Source: Tubulanus polymorphus
Taxonomy: Eukaryota > Animalia > Nemertea
NCBI RefSeq assembly: GCF_964204645.1
Contig: NC_134029.1
Location: forward strand, 19,958,950-20,022,949
Length of the DNA stretch: 64,000 bases
Direction of reading: 5' to 3'
Positions 50,979 through 60,400 of this stretch are shown here, piece after piece. Within the stretch, counting starts at the first letter, position 1. Each line of letters opens with the position of its first letter. The position numbers and the translations under genes were made by a program. The notes below the pieces were generated by a model that saw only the letters and a program-made list of their open reading frames with translations, made no database searches and was not told where the DNA came from.

Positions 50979-51017
50979 TTCGAGGATTTTGTTGGGATTT
51001 CGTTGAGAGATTTTAGT

Positions 51018-51059
51018 ATTGGATTTATCCAATCTCAATACTTGAATCAATACTTCCGG
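51018..51059 (-). promoter_or_regulatory. POLR1D proximal promoter elements (ETS CCGGAAGT; inverted CCAAT pair)
   Basis: ACTTCCGG at 51052-51059 and ATTGGATTTATCCAAT at 51018-51033, within 85 bp of the ATG. Confidence 0.45.
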
Positions 51060-51351
51060 GTTTGAATCGGAACCAGTCTCTCACCTTGAACTTGAACTTG
51101 AACTTGAACTTTAATTTTATTGCTCCATATAATACACAAGTTACATAGGAAATGACAAGCAATAAAATATTAACATCAAGACACAGGGAAAACAGTACAA
51201 GAGTGGACATACATTTAAAATCGCTTTTATAATGGATAACATAGGAATAGAGAATATTTACAAATAAAATATGTTAAACGTAAAACAAAATATAATATTA
51301 CAGCAAGGAAACTAGGTGGCGATACAATCAAGTGAATATAATATAAAAGAA

Positions 51352-54300
51352 TCAAAGTGTTGAACGGAGGGCAAATAAAGAGTTAACTAGGTTACACATA
51401 AGGCTGGCAATTTCATAGTCTCCGTTGTTATAGGACATCAAAAATAGGAATTTATCGAAAACACAAAAAGACTCAAACTCTGTGAAACATACAAGTGAGG
51501 ATAAAATGGAGACTCTGGCAGGATGAAGCGAGGGACACTCGAGTAAAAAGTGGGATTCGTCCTCAACGACTTTATTTACAGTACAGTAGAGGCAAAATCT
51601 CTCATTGGCTGGTAAAAATGGACGACAGTGACGCCCCGTCTCGATTCTAAGCCGATGGGAACCGAGACGCAGTTTGGAAAATTCGCGTCTTTTAAGGAAA
51701 GAGTTCGAAATAATATATTTTTCTAGTTCAAAGCGTTTTTTAAAAAGTTTATAAGTCCTTAATTTGGGGTTGGAATTACTGTCGTTTATTTGAAATAGCC
51801 ACGAAGAAGAATAAAAGAGATACATTTTAGACTGGAGCAGCTTGATAATTTTATTGGGGTGGTTGGAGCCATGATTAGACCAAACACCATGAAGATCAAA
51901 TGATTTTAGTATTGAAAAAATTCCAGAACACCAATTTGGGAGTGTGTCCATACTTTGCACACAGTCCAGATAGGATTTATACACTAATGAGGCGGGATTC
52001 AATTTACAAAGACGAAACCAAAATTTAACCATCAGGGGAATAAATGATATAAGCAAGGGGTACTGGCCTAAGTCGCCGCGAACAGCCGCATTAACGGACC
52101 TTTTGTTGACACCAAGTAAGTATTTGCCAAAGTTCAGATAAAGCTTTTCGCAGGGCAGAGAGTTACAGGTGTTATAAAAATTAGAAGGTTCCAGCTTGGA
52201 AACAAAGAAGGAACACCAGACCTCAGTACAATAACCGATAATGGGACGGATAAGGCTGTTAAAGAGAAAATATGCAGTAGAGACACAATCCCTGATATTA
52301 ATAGTTTTTAATTTAAATAGGGCCTTAGAAGCACGTTCAAGCAGGAGGTCACATGCATTATTAAATTTACCAGAAGGAGTGAACGTGATACCTAGATAGC
52401 AATAGCTGTTGACAATTTCAATTGGAGAGCCTGAATAGAAGAAAGAAAGTTTGCTGATGATCCGACCCCCCTTATTGAATATAATTATTTTAGTTTTGGC
52501 AAGGTTAACAGATAGACCCCACATATTACAATAAAGGGCCAGTTTATTAAGGGCACACTGTAAACCAGAGTGGGATTTGCTAATAATGACAAGGTCGTCG
52601 GCATAAAGTAAGCAGTTTATATCTACATCATGTAAGGAAACCGGGTCACATTCGTCAAAGATAAGGGGAAGATCACTTATAAATAAATTAAACAGGATAG
52701 GACTTAGTACACAACCTTGTTTGACACCAACATTGGAACCGATGACAGAGCTAAAATCACCGTTGCTTTTTACTACATATTTCACATCAGAATAAATATT
52801 TTCAATAACAGATAGAAATTTACCACCTATGCCCAGTTGAGACAATTTAGATAGAAGGGCAGTACGTTGGATGGAGTCAAAAGCAGACCGGAAGTCGACA
52901 AAGCAGCAGTAGAGTTTTTGTTTAGAGAGTTTTTTGATATATTTGTCAATGATTGTTTTAAGGGTTAATATGTGGTCGGCAGTGCGCATACCTTTCTGGA
53001 AACCAATTTGGCACTGAGGGATGAGATGGTTGGTAAGTGAAAAGTCATAAAGGCGTTGATGGAGAACACTACAAAAAAGTTTACATAGATTGCTACTGAC
53101 AGCAATACCCCGATAATTAGAACAAAGATTTCTGTCCCCCTTTTTGAAAACAGGGTGAAGGATATTACAGCGCCAGGGGTCAGGAAAAACACTGGTCGAC
53201 AGAATTTGGTTAAAGATTTTATGGAGTACAGGGAGCAATAGGCTATGGCCAGCCTTAATCATTTCGTTACATATATTATCAGTGCCATGGGCTTTGCCAC
53301 ACCTGAGTTTTGAGATAGCAGAGGAGATTTCATTGAAGGAAATCTCGTGGTTCAGGGGCGACGTAGAATGATTATGGCAGGCTAGTATGGATTCAATTCT
53401 ATTTTCGGAGAGAGGATGAATGTTGCCAAGAGAGGTATTAAGGAGACTAGTGAAGTGACTTGACCACTGGGCTAAACTTATATTAGACTTAAACGAGGGT
53501 TTGTCAATGTTTCTTAGGTTATCAAATAAATTCCAGTATTCTCTGGGGTCTTTGGAACGGAGTAGCTCCATCTGAGAGAGAATGAGGTTTTTATAAGACG
53601 ACTTTTTGCGATTTAGGAGGGTTTTATACTTCTTCTTCAACAAACGGAATCTACAGAGCAAACGGTGGTCATAAGGGTGTTTACGAAGACAAGGAGCAAG
53701 GGACAGGATCTCTTTCTTGAGAGCGGAGCATTCAGAGTCAAACCATTTGTTAGAACGACTAGTGAGGTGTGGAGGTCTCGCTTTAGCTTGGTTAGGACGT
53801 TTACGCTTAATGCCAGCTTTCAGACAGGCTTTATCAAAAATAGAACAGAGATCGGTGACATTATTATTGACGTCAGCTTGACTGTTGGTTAGAGATGAGA
53901 TGTCCTTCGAAACGTCATGGGAAGCGAGCGCAGCCATGAATTTCGTATCGTCACCACGGTTCCAAATAACCTTCACAGACGAATTTTGATGCGAGTCAGT
54001 AGAGGAGGGAACCGAACGCTCGACACTAAAACGCGCAGAGATAACAGTGGATAGTACACAATGGATGGAGTATAGGTTGGGGGAGTCCACGTGAAACAGG
54101 TCAATGATTGGCAACATATCAACCGAGCAGATAGAGTAATCGATGACACTGGGAGAACCAGAGTGGCTGTAACAGGTGAAGGAGCCTAAGGTATCACCCA
54201 GGCAACGGCCATTTAATATACGGAGGCTAGAGTTTTTACACAGATTAAGCAGATTTTTACCATGGGCATCAATAGGGTGGTTGTCCGAATTGTATCTACG

Positions 54301-54897
54301 CAAAACCTGATCAGCTAGCGGGTCAATGTAGTCAGAGATATCAGTGTTGTTAGGGATATCACTACAGTAGTCAGGGTAGGTAGCCGTTTTGGCATTAAAA
54401 TCGCCTAAGAGGAGACAATGACCCTTGGCCGAATAAAATGCTAGATCACTTTCTAAGAGATCAAAAATATCGTCACCCAGTTTAGAAGCCGTGGAAGAAA
54501 GGGGGCTTATGTAGACCACAGCTAAAAAGATATCATATTCTAGATTGAAAAAGGATTTACAGAGCCGAACCCATAACAGTTCACTCGAAGTGACGGGGAG
54601 GACCTTGACCCCTTCCTTAATCTCGTCTTTGATAAGAATAGCAGTACCACCATAATTGCGGGAGGCGTTTTTACTTCGCGGACGGATGTTTTGGAAAATT
54701 TTGTAGCCCTCAAAGTCTAGAATATCATCTTTTGAACAGTGTGTCTCCACAAGCCCAAAAATATCGTATTTACAGATAATACTTTGAATATCAACATTTG
54801 ATAGTTTACATGTGCGATGGCCAGCAATTCTGCTGTGGAGGCCATCAACATTCCAAAAACCACAACTAATTCTGCTAAGAAATTTCGAGGGTGACAT
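51352..54897 (-). CDS. LINE ORF2: AP endonuclease + reverse transcriptase + C-terminal zinc-binding region, ~1181 aa from first ATG
   Basis: APE motifs FWNVDGL, GLVETH, LLGDFNAK, SVIDY; RT motifs NYRGIAV, QIGFQKG, FVDFRSAFDSI, GVKQGCVLSPILFNLFI, YADD, YCYLGI; C-terminal CxxC...H...C. Confidence 0.95.
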   Translation of the reverse strand: MSPSKFLSRISCGFWNVDGLHSRIAGHRTCKLSNVDIQSIICKYDIFGLVETHCSKDDILDFEGYKIFQNIRPRSKNASRNYGGTAILIKDEIKEGVKVLPVTSSELLWVRLCKSFFNLEYDIFLAVVYISPLSSTASKLGDDIFDLLESDLAFYSAKGHCLLLGDFNAKTATYPDYCSDIPNNTDISDYIDPLADQVLRRYNSDNHPIDAHGKNLLNLCKNSSLRILNGRCLGDTLGSFTCYSHSGSPSVIDYSICSVDMLPIIDLFHVDSPNLYSIHCVLSTVISARFSVERSVPSSTDSHQNSSVKVIWNRGDDTKFMAALASHDVSKDISSLTNSQADVNNNVTDLCSIFDKACLKAGIKRKRPNQAKARPPHLTSRSNKWFDSECSALKKEILSLAPCLRKHPYDHRLLCRFRLLKKKYKTLLNRKKSSYKNLILSQMELLRSKDPREYWNLFDNLRNIDKPSFKSNISLAQWSSHFTSLLNTSLGNIHPLSENRIESILACHNHSTSPLNHEISFNEISSAISKLRCGKAHGTDNICNEMIKAGHSLLLPVLHKIFNQILSTSVFPDPWRCNILHPVFKKGDRNLCSNYRGIAVSSNLCKLFCSVLHQRLYDFSLTNHLIPQCQIGFQKGMRTADHILTLKTIIDKYIKKLSKQKLYCCFVDFRSAFDSIQRTALLSKLSQLGIGGKFLSVIENIYSDVKYVVKSNGDFSSVIGSNVGVKQGCVLSPILFNLFISDLPLIFDECDPVSLHDVDINCLLYADDLVIISKSHSGLQCALNKLALYCNMWGLSVNLAKTKIIIFNKGGRIISKLSFFYSGSPIEIVNSYCYLGITFTPSGKFNNACDLLLERASKALFKLKTINIRDCVSTAYFLFNSLIRPIIGYCTEVWCSFFVSKLEPSNFYNTCNSLPCEKLYLNFGKYLLGVNKRSVNAAVRGDLGQYPLLISFIPLMVKFWFRLCKLNPASLVYKSYLDCVQSMDTLPNWCSGIFSILKSFDLHGVWSNHGSNHPNKIIKLLQSKMYLFYSSSWLFQINDSNSNPKLRTYKLFKKRFELEKYIISNSFLKRREFSKLRLGSHRLRIETGRHCRPFLPANERFCLYCTVNKVVEDESHFLLECPSLHPARVSILSSLVCFTEFESFCVFDKFLFLMSYNNGDYEIASLMCNLVNSLFALRSTL

Positions 54898-55097
54898 GAA
54901 TAAATGAGACCAAATAAGAGGAGGAAAATCCGAGAACACACCAATTATACACAAAAGCTAGAATAGGATAAAAGCACACAATATCAATAGAACAGATAAA
55001 ATAACGCGAAAGGATATACAAACTAGTAATGAGTAACAGGATTTAAGTAACTGAAAATAAGTTGAATACTACACGTAGGGAGCACCACGAAAAGAGC

Positions 55098-57128
55098 CTA
55101 GCGACGGTCTCTGAAAACAGATTGCAGCAAATTTCCGAGCTGGTGAACGATTTCACCAGAGAACGAACTGTAGTTGTTATTGAAGTTACCAGTACCGTTA
55201 CGGACCGGGTTCGAGCGATAATTGAATGAGGGCTTGTTAAAAACCGGATTTGGAGCGCGTCGATCAGGATTACGAGAGGATGTTGAAATAGGTCGGTTTC
55301 TGGGCTGGAACGTATGAGCGGCATCAGTAGAATGATCAGTTGGACGAGAGTTCAACGTTGAACCCATAATCGAAACACGGTAGCGGTTAACTAGGGACCA
55401 GACACCTTTGCGGTTCAGGTGGATGCGGTCACTACAGAAGAATTCATCAGAAATCGCGCTAAGTTCGGGCGGCAGAGTGATGGCGGAACAGCCTAGGTTA
55501 GAAATATTCGCGTTGAATAGATCAACCTTCTTCATGTAGGCTTCGGTTTGCTGGCTGGAAGCGAGGCAGCGAGGCAACACATGCACCGCGTAAATCTTCG
55601 CATGCGGAAAGGTAGAAGCACATAAGACGACGAGGTCTTTTAGTTGTGTAGAAGTCTCCTCGACGGTATGGGACGCAAGGGTGTTATCACATACATGTAA
55701 AATAATCGACTGGATGTTGTCATCCTGCGGATAGTTTTTCACGAAATCGAACGCACCACTGATGGTCTTGTCGGCAAGCGATTTGATTTGAGTCCTCATC
55801 TGCGGGAAGAGACGAGACGAGTTAAGCGGTTTGGTGTGAGAGTTTCCCACAACCAGGACATCAACACCTCTACGCGGAACACCGTTCACTGGGTTTGCTG
55901 ATACAAACGGGCGCGGATCCGAATTAGCATGTAGGGAGGTCTTGAGCGAGAGAACCTCATCCTTAAGCGAACCGATTTTAGCAGTAGCATCCCGCAGGTC
56001 CTTTTCTAGGGACTCAATACGTTCATTCCTACGCAGGAGGTCGGACCTCGCAGTTGTGAGCTCCTCTTGGCTCGAGCCAAGAGAAAGCTTTAACATGGCC
56101 GATTCAGCAATGGCACTGTCACTCAAGGAGTTAGCTTTATTCAGACTGTGTTCCAGGTCAGCGCAGCGGGAATTCAGCAGAGCACACTGGTCGCAAGTTG
56201 AACGATCGAACGGCATAGACAAAAGTTTGTCACAGAGACCAATGAGGCGGCTCTCGAGAGCCTCGCATTTATCATTCGAGGAGCGCAAGGCGGTTGATAG
56301 TTCTTTAATACGCTTGTTGGCAGCGGACAGCTCGGAGTCAAGGAATTTTCGCTTTAGAGATTCGTTCTCACTAGACGCGTTTAACAGTTTATCCACAAAG
56401 CGCGACTCCAAGTCACGAATCATATCTTGCAACGGGTGTGAGGACTCCTGGTTCACGGGGGAGCCCAGTACAACCTCAGGTGATGTACCCTGGGAAACGG
56501 AGACAGGTACGGACTGGACAGCAACGTCACATCGAGGCACACCGGCAGAACTCAGATCGCCAGTTTGGAAGTCAGGGTCAACCTGTGTACACAGCTCGCA
56601 CTGGAACTTACGCGTAGTGTTACAAAGTAAAAACAGCTGGTACACTGGAAGTTTTGAACAGGAGAAATGGATCCAACATTTACAGTAGTGGCAACCGATC
56701 ATCAGCTCAGTATCAGGCTTCCCGCAAAAACAGGCGAGTGGGTTTTCCAGTTGCAGAGAGACCGGTTCACAGATACTGACCGGACCATTTTCACAGGCAC
56801 TGTCTAGATCATCGTCACAGGAGCTCGGTAACGGTACAGCCTCGGCAGGAGTGATGTGAGTCATAGGTGGCTGCATATTACGGGAGTAACAGAAGTCCGA
56901 AACACTTACCGACTTGACGGCGCCGATCGTGTCAGCCTCATGCACTAAAATATCCTTGGTGCAGAGACCGGCGTCGTTCAGGAAGGAACACGCAAGGTTA
57001 ATACAATTAAACTTTTTGTGGGTACTACCTGAGTAACCTGAGACGCTCTCTTCACAAATGTACCAGTCCGTAAAGATGCCAACACGACGGCCGACGGCGA
57101 CGGCGAAGAAGTAGAGTTTCGGCGCCAT
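55098..57128 (-). CDS. LINE ORF1: RNase H1-type hybrid-binding domain + PHD finger + coiled coil + SGNH esterase, ~676 aa from first ATG
   Basis: N-terminus FFAVAVGRRVGIFTDWYICEESVSGYSGSTHKKF...ACSFL; PHD CFC...CHYCKCWIHFSC...CELC (56732-56589); heptad-rich region; esterase blocks VLVVGNSH, ILHVCDN, DRIHLN. Confidence 0.9.
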   Translation of the reverse strand: MAPKLYFFAVAVGRRVGIFTDWYICEESVSGYSGSTHKKFNCINLACSFLNDAGLCTKDILVHEADTIGAVKSVSVSDFCYSRNMQPPMTHITPAEAVPLPSSCDDDLDSACENGPVSICEPVSLQLENPLACFCGKPDTELMIGCHYCKCWIHFSCSKLPVYQLFLLCNTTRKFQCELCTQVDPDFQTGDLSSAGVPRCDVAVQSVPVSVSQGTSPEVVLGSPVNQESSHPLQDMIRDLESRFVDKLLNASSENESLKRKFLDSELSAANKRIKELSTALRSSNDKCEALESRLIGLCDKLLSMPFDRSTCDQCALLNSRCADLEHSLNKANSLSDSAIAESAMLKLSLGSSQEELTTARSDLLRRNERIESLEKDLRDATAKIGSLKDEVLSLKTSLHANSDPRPFVSANPVNGVPRRGVDVLVVGNSHTKPLNSSRLFPQMRTQIKSLADKTISGAFDFVKNYPQDDNIQSIILHVCDNTLASHTVEETSTQLKDLVVLCASTFPHAKIYAVHVLPRCLASSQQTEAYMKKVDLFNANISNLGCSAITLPPELSAISDEFFCSDRIHLNRKGVWSLVNRYRVSIMGSTLNSRPTDHSTDAAHTFQPRNRPISTSSRNPDRRAPNPVFNKPSFNYRSNPVRNGTGNFNNNYSSFSGEIVHQLGNLLQSVFRDRR

Positions 57129-57352
57129 TTTGTTTTGTTTCGTTGACTCGTTATTGCTCGAGCAGCAAGGATCCAAGAAAGTAATAATATATCATAAACC
57201 GGCCAACAAGGCAGACGAAATACGCACTGCGCACAACGAGAAAGTACCAACAAGTAGGTGAGATACAAATCCGCTAACGGAATAAAGTTGAGACTCGGAT
57301 TTTCGACCAATTTTAACGTAGAATTTTTGAAACGCGAGCGAACATCGCGACA

Positions 57353-57426
57353 CCGGAAGTCGAATCTATTGATAAAAACCGGGATTCGGCCAATCAGCGC
57401 TCGCCGTGTTATTATCCAAGATGGCG
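57353..57426 (+). promoter_or_regulatory. TUSC3/MAGT1 proximal promoter (ETS, CCAAT, YY1 over the ATG)
   Basis: CCGGAAGT 57353-57360, CCAAT 57390-57394, CAAGATGGCG 57417-57426. Confidence 0.5.
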
Positions 57427-60400
57427 ACGACCGGCTGGAAAATCGCTGTAATTTGTTGCATTTTAGCAGTTTGCGCGTCATGCTTTGCTCAAAAGAAGTC
57501 GAAAGAGGTACAGAACTTTAGCCCAGTTGTTCCTCGCGATGATAGATTTGCCCTTTCTTGCGGGGAGGTTTGCAAAACGTCTCTGGAGACGTTTTTGCGC
57601 GTCAGACTTCTTGTCTTATTAGACTGGTTCCCGTGTTTATAATTTAGCATGAAGCCTGCAGCGACTATCCTCGCTTACCAGGTGTCCGGTGTTGGTCCCA
57701 GAACTCGCTTCCACCAGCCCCCTGGCCTCAGGATGCATGATTTCATTACTGGCACTTTCGCGTGTGACGTCATGTCGACTTCCTTGTTCGATAAAACGTT
57801 CGCTGATTGATTGGTCCATTTAACCGGAAATCCAACAGAAGCCTAATGTCGTTTGTTACAAGCGCTGTGATAAGTATGACCGGATTCTGGTCAGCTAGTA
57901 ACGACTCACGAGGTCCAGGGGTTTGGGAAACGGATTTGTGAGTTCGAAAAACCTTGTCCTTAACGGGTGAAGATGAGTAGCGACTGCAGTTTAGGTATCC
58001 CTAGCCCTATGGTTATGTACCTAACCTAACCATAACACTAATCTTTAATTACAGTAGCGCCACAAAATGGACATGTCACCTAAACCTGCTGCAGTTCGAT
58101 CGAAGAATGACCGATTGCCTGGGCGTCTCACCTTTGCTAGAGTTTGTCCAGTTAAAATTGAATGATAATGATAACATGTCGTCCGTGATAATAAATAGTT
58201 GATGCACAGGATTGACTGAGCCCAGTAACTCATAGGCCTAGCTCATTTTAATGTTTCATCACCCATTCCAAGGTTTGAAGAGGCGTGATGTGAAACTGCA
58301 GATGCTACATCTTTGATACGACTGTCCCAGTTTTTCCTCAACTTCTTACTTGAACTGGCCTTTGAAAAATTCAGTGTGTGGCCTTTGATTGATTTTTCTG
58401 TCATTAATCTGAGGAAGTAGATTTTCTTATTAAGATAAATAAGTGTTTCCTCTGTAATGTAAGTGAAATGTAAGGTTGGAACAGCAACAGCTCTGAGGCT
58501 CCAGCATGGCTCATTAAAGCTCTGTATTATCAATCAACTAAACTATCTCGAAAGTTTTTACTTTGATTTCTTTTTTTTTCACAGTCTCTCGCTTCGGAAA
58601 AAGCGCAGCAAATGATGGACTGGCAAATGAAGAAAGTGATCGTAAAAATGAACGGCGAGAAGTTCCGACATTACGTCAAATCGACGCCGAAAACGCACTC
58701 GACGATCGTCATGTTAACGGCCCTTAAAGCCAACAGACGCTGTACAGTTTGTGTGTAAGAATTGATTTCATTTCATTCAAAAATCTGTAGGACTCGGTTC
58801 ATTCCATTGTTGTGATTTGAGTCTGTTTACATTCACCAGGGGCATTAGATAGTTGAAGAACCTAGCGTAATAACCTTGAGAAATGAATGATCTTATATTA
58901 ACTCTATCGCAATACTAATACATATTTTTCAAACACAGTCACTTGCATTATTGTTGCTCATGATCATAATGTATTATATTATTCTATTATTTTGGTAAAA
59001 AAAGATCATGTCTTCTCTGTTTTTTGCCAGTTCTTTGTCGGATTATTTCGTATGTCTGATGGCAATCATTTCAAATTTGAACTACTAAATTCTTTTTTAG
59101 GCAAGCCTTTGAAGAGTATCAAATTTTAGCCAACTCGTGGCGATTATCTCAATTATTCTCGGACAAACTGTTCTTCGTCATGGTCGATTACGACGAAGGA
59201 CCCGACGTTTTCCAATCGGTAAGTGATGCTCATATAGCAGAAATATCCCAATTTCTCAGGGGGTGTTGTGAATTCTTGAGTATTTATGTATATTTCAGCT
59301 CAATCTGAACACGGCTCCAGTATTCATGCATTTCCCGGCTAAAGGAAAACCTAAAAGAGGAGACACTCTAGATATCCATAGGTATAACTTGTTTTAAATG
59401 CTAAAGCCAACTAATGGGCTTGATGATATAAAGGATTATTCTAACAGTTTTTAGTATTTAATTTTAACTAACCTTGTCATCAAAGAAATGAAAATGAATA
59501 TTTTCTGAAAATGAATTTAACATCAACTGGGTTTCACTCATCAACTTCGAAAAACAGAGAATATATCGGTCTTCCAGTCAAATTCATTTCGTTATTCGTT
59601 GTAAAAAATAAGTAATTTTCAATGAAATTCAAACAGAATCTTTTTGATATTTTAGGCTTCCAAACGATTAGATATTTAAGATTAACTTTCCCCCTCGGTG
59701 TATGGTATTGATTTCATTGAAAATTGATCTGCTGTTTTACTATTCGATTCGCTATCTTAATATTAGAAAATATGATTTAAATTAAATAATTACTCGGTAA
59801 CCACTAGCGACACCTTGCAGATCATCGTGGAATCATCGCTTGCCGCAGTAGCGTTGTCAGTTCACTGTTATGATTAATCAAACCGGAGATATTAGTACAT
59901 GTTTGTGTCAATAGTCTGATGATAGATTATGTTTAACCGATGCGCTCGTTTTGTAGAATCGGTTTCGCGGCTGAACAAATATCTCGTTGGGTCGCGGAAA
60001 GAACTGATATTCAGGTTAGTTGATTGAATACGGTATTGTTCTTGGTTCTAGATACATGTGTTCACGCGGAATAGAAGGTTATACAGTAAACCTCGCGTAA
60101 CTCTGATACGGTCAACTCGGATTTTCGATTAACTCGTACAAAACCGAAATCAAATTTTGACTTCCTAATGTATTTTCCGATTGTAATCTCAGACTTTTGC
60201 TCATTCGCACCAATTTTGCTGGTCCCAGTTTGACCCAAGTTAGGCGTAGTTTACTGGATAAATTTGTCCATGATTGAAGATTTTTTCAACTGTCTACATC
60301 CAGACTTAAGTTGAGAGCCAAATAGTATCTACCTCCTTGTTCTTCAGATCCGTGTGTTCCGTCCTCCGAGCTATTCCGGTACGCTGACGCTGGCTTTGTT

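Larger units (their letters stand above)
51085..57300 (-). mobile_element. Apparently full-length non-LTR retrotransposon (APE-RT LINE, RTEX/CR1-group-like); 5' end approximate
   Basis: Two long intact ORFs, 3' UTR, AATAAA (51121-51116) and (TTCAAG)4 microsatellite tail (51108-51085). No TSD found. Clade is inferred from esterase/PHD ORF1 and the ORF2 C-terminal KLRTYKLFK...KLRLGSHRLRIETGR...C..C...EDESHFLLEC region. Confidence 0.9.

Noticed and set aside
54898-54954. ORF-track starts for LINE ORF2 (54954) and ORF1 (57176)
   Set aside because: Both are TTG starts; the first ATGs at 54897 and 57128 sit directly before the first domains.
55942-56688. 248-aa antisense ORF
   Set aside because: Antisense shadow of the ORF1 coiled-coil region; Ser/Arg-rich, non-ATG start.
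57130-57420. Target-site duplication or 5' HDV-like ribozyme for the LINE
   Set aside because: No direct repeat of the 3' flank and no nested double-pseudoknot pattern found by eye; 5' boundary remains uncertain.
58243-58533. ORF with AVPTL, resembling the THAP AVPTIF box
   Set aside because: No upstream C2CH zinc ligands in frame; a five-residue match is insufficient.
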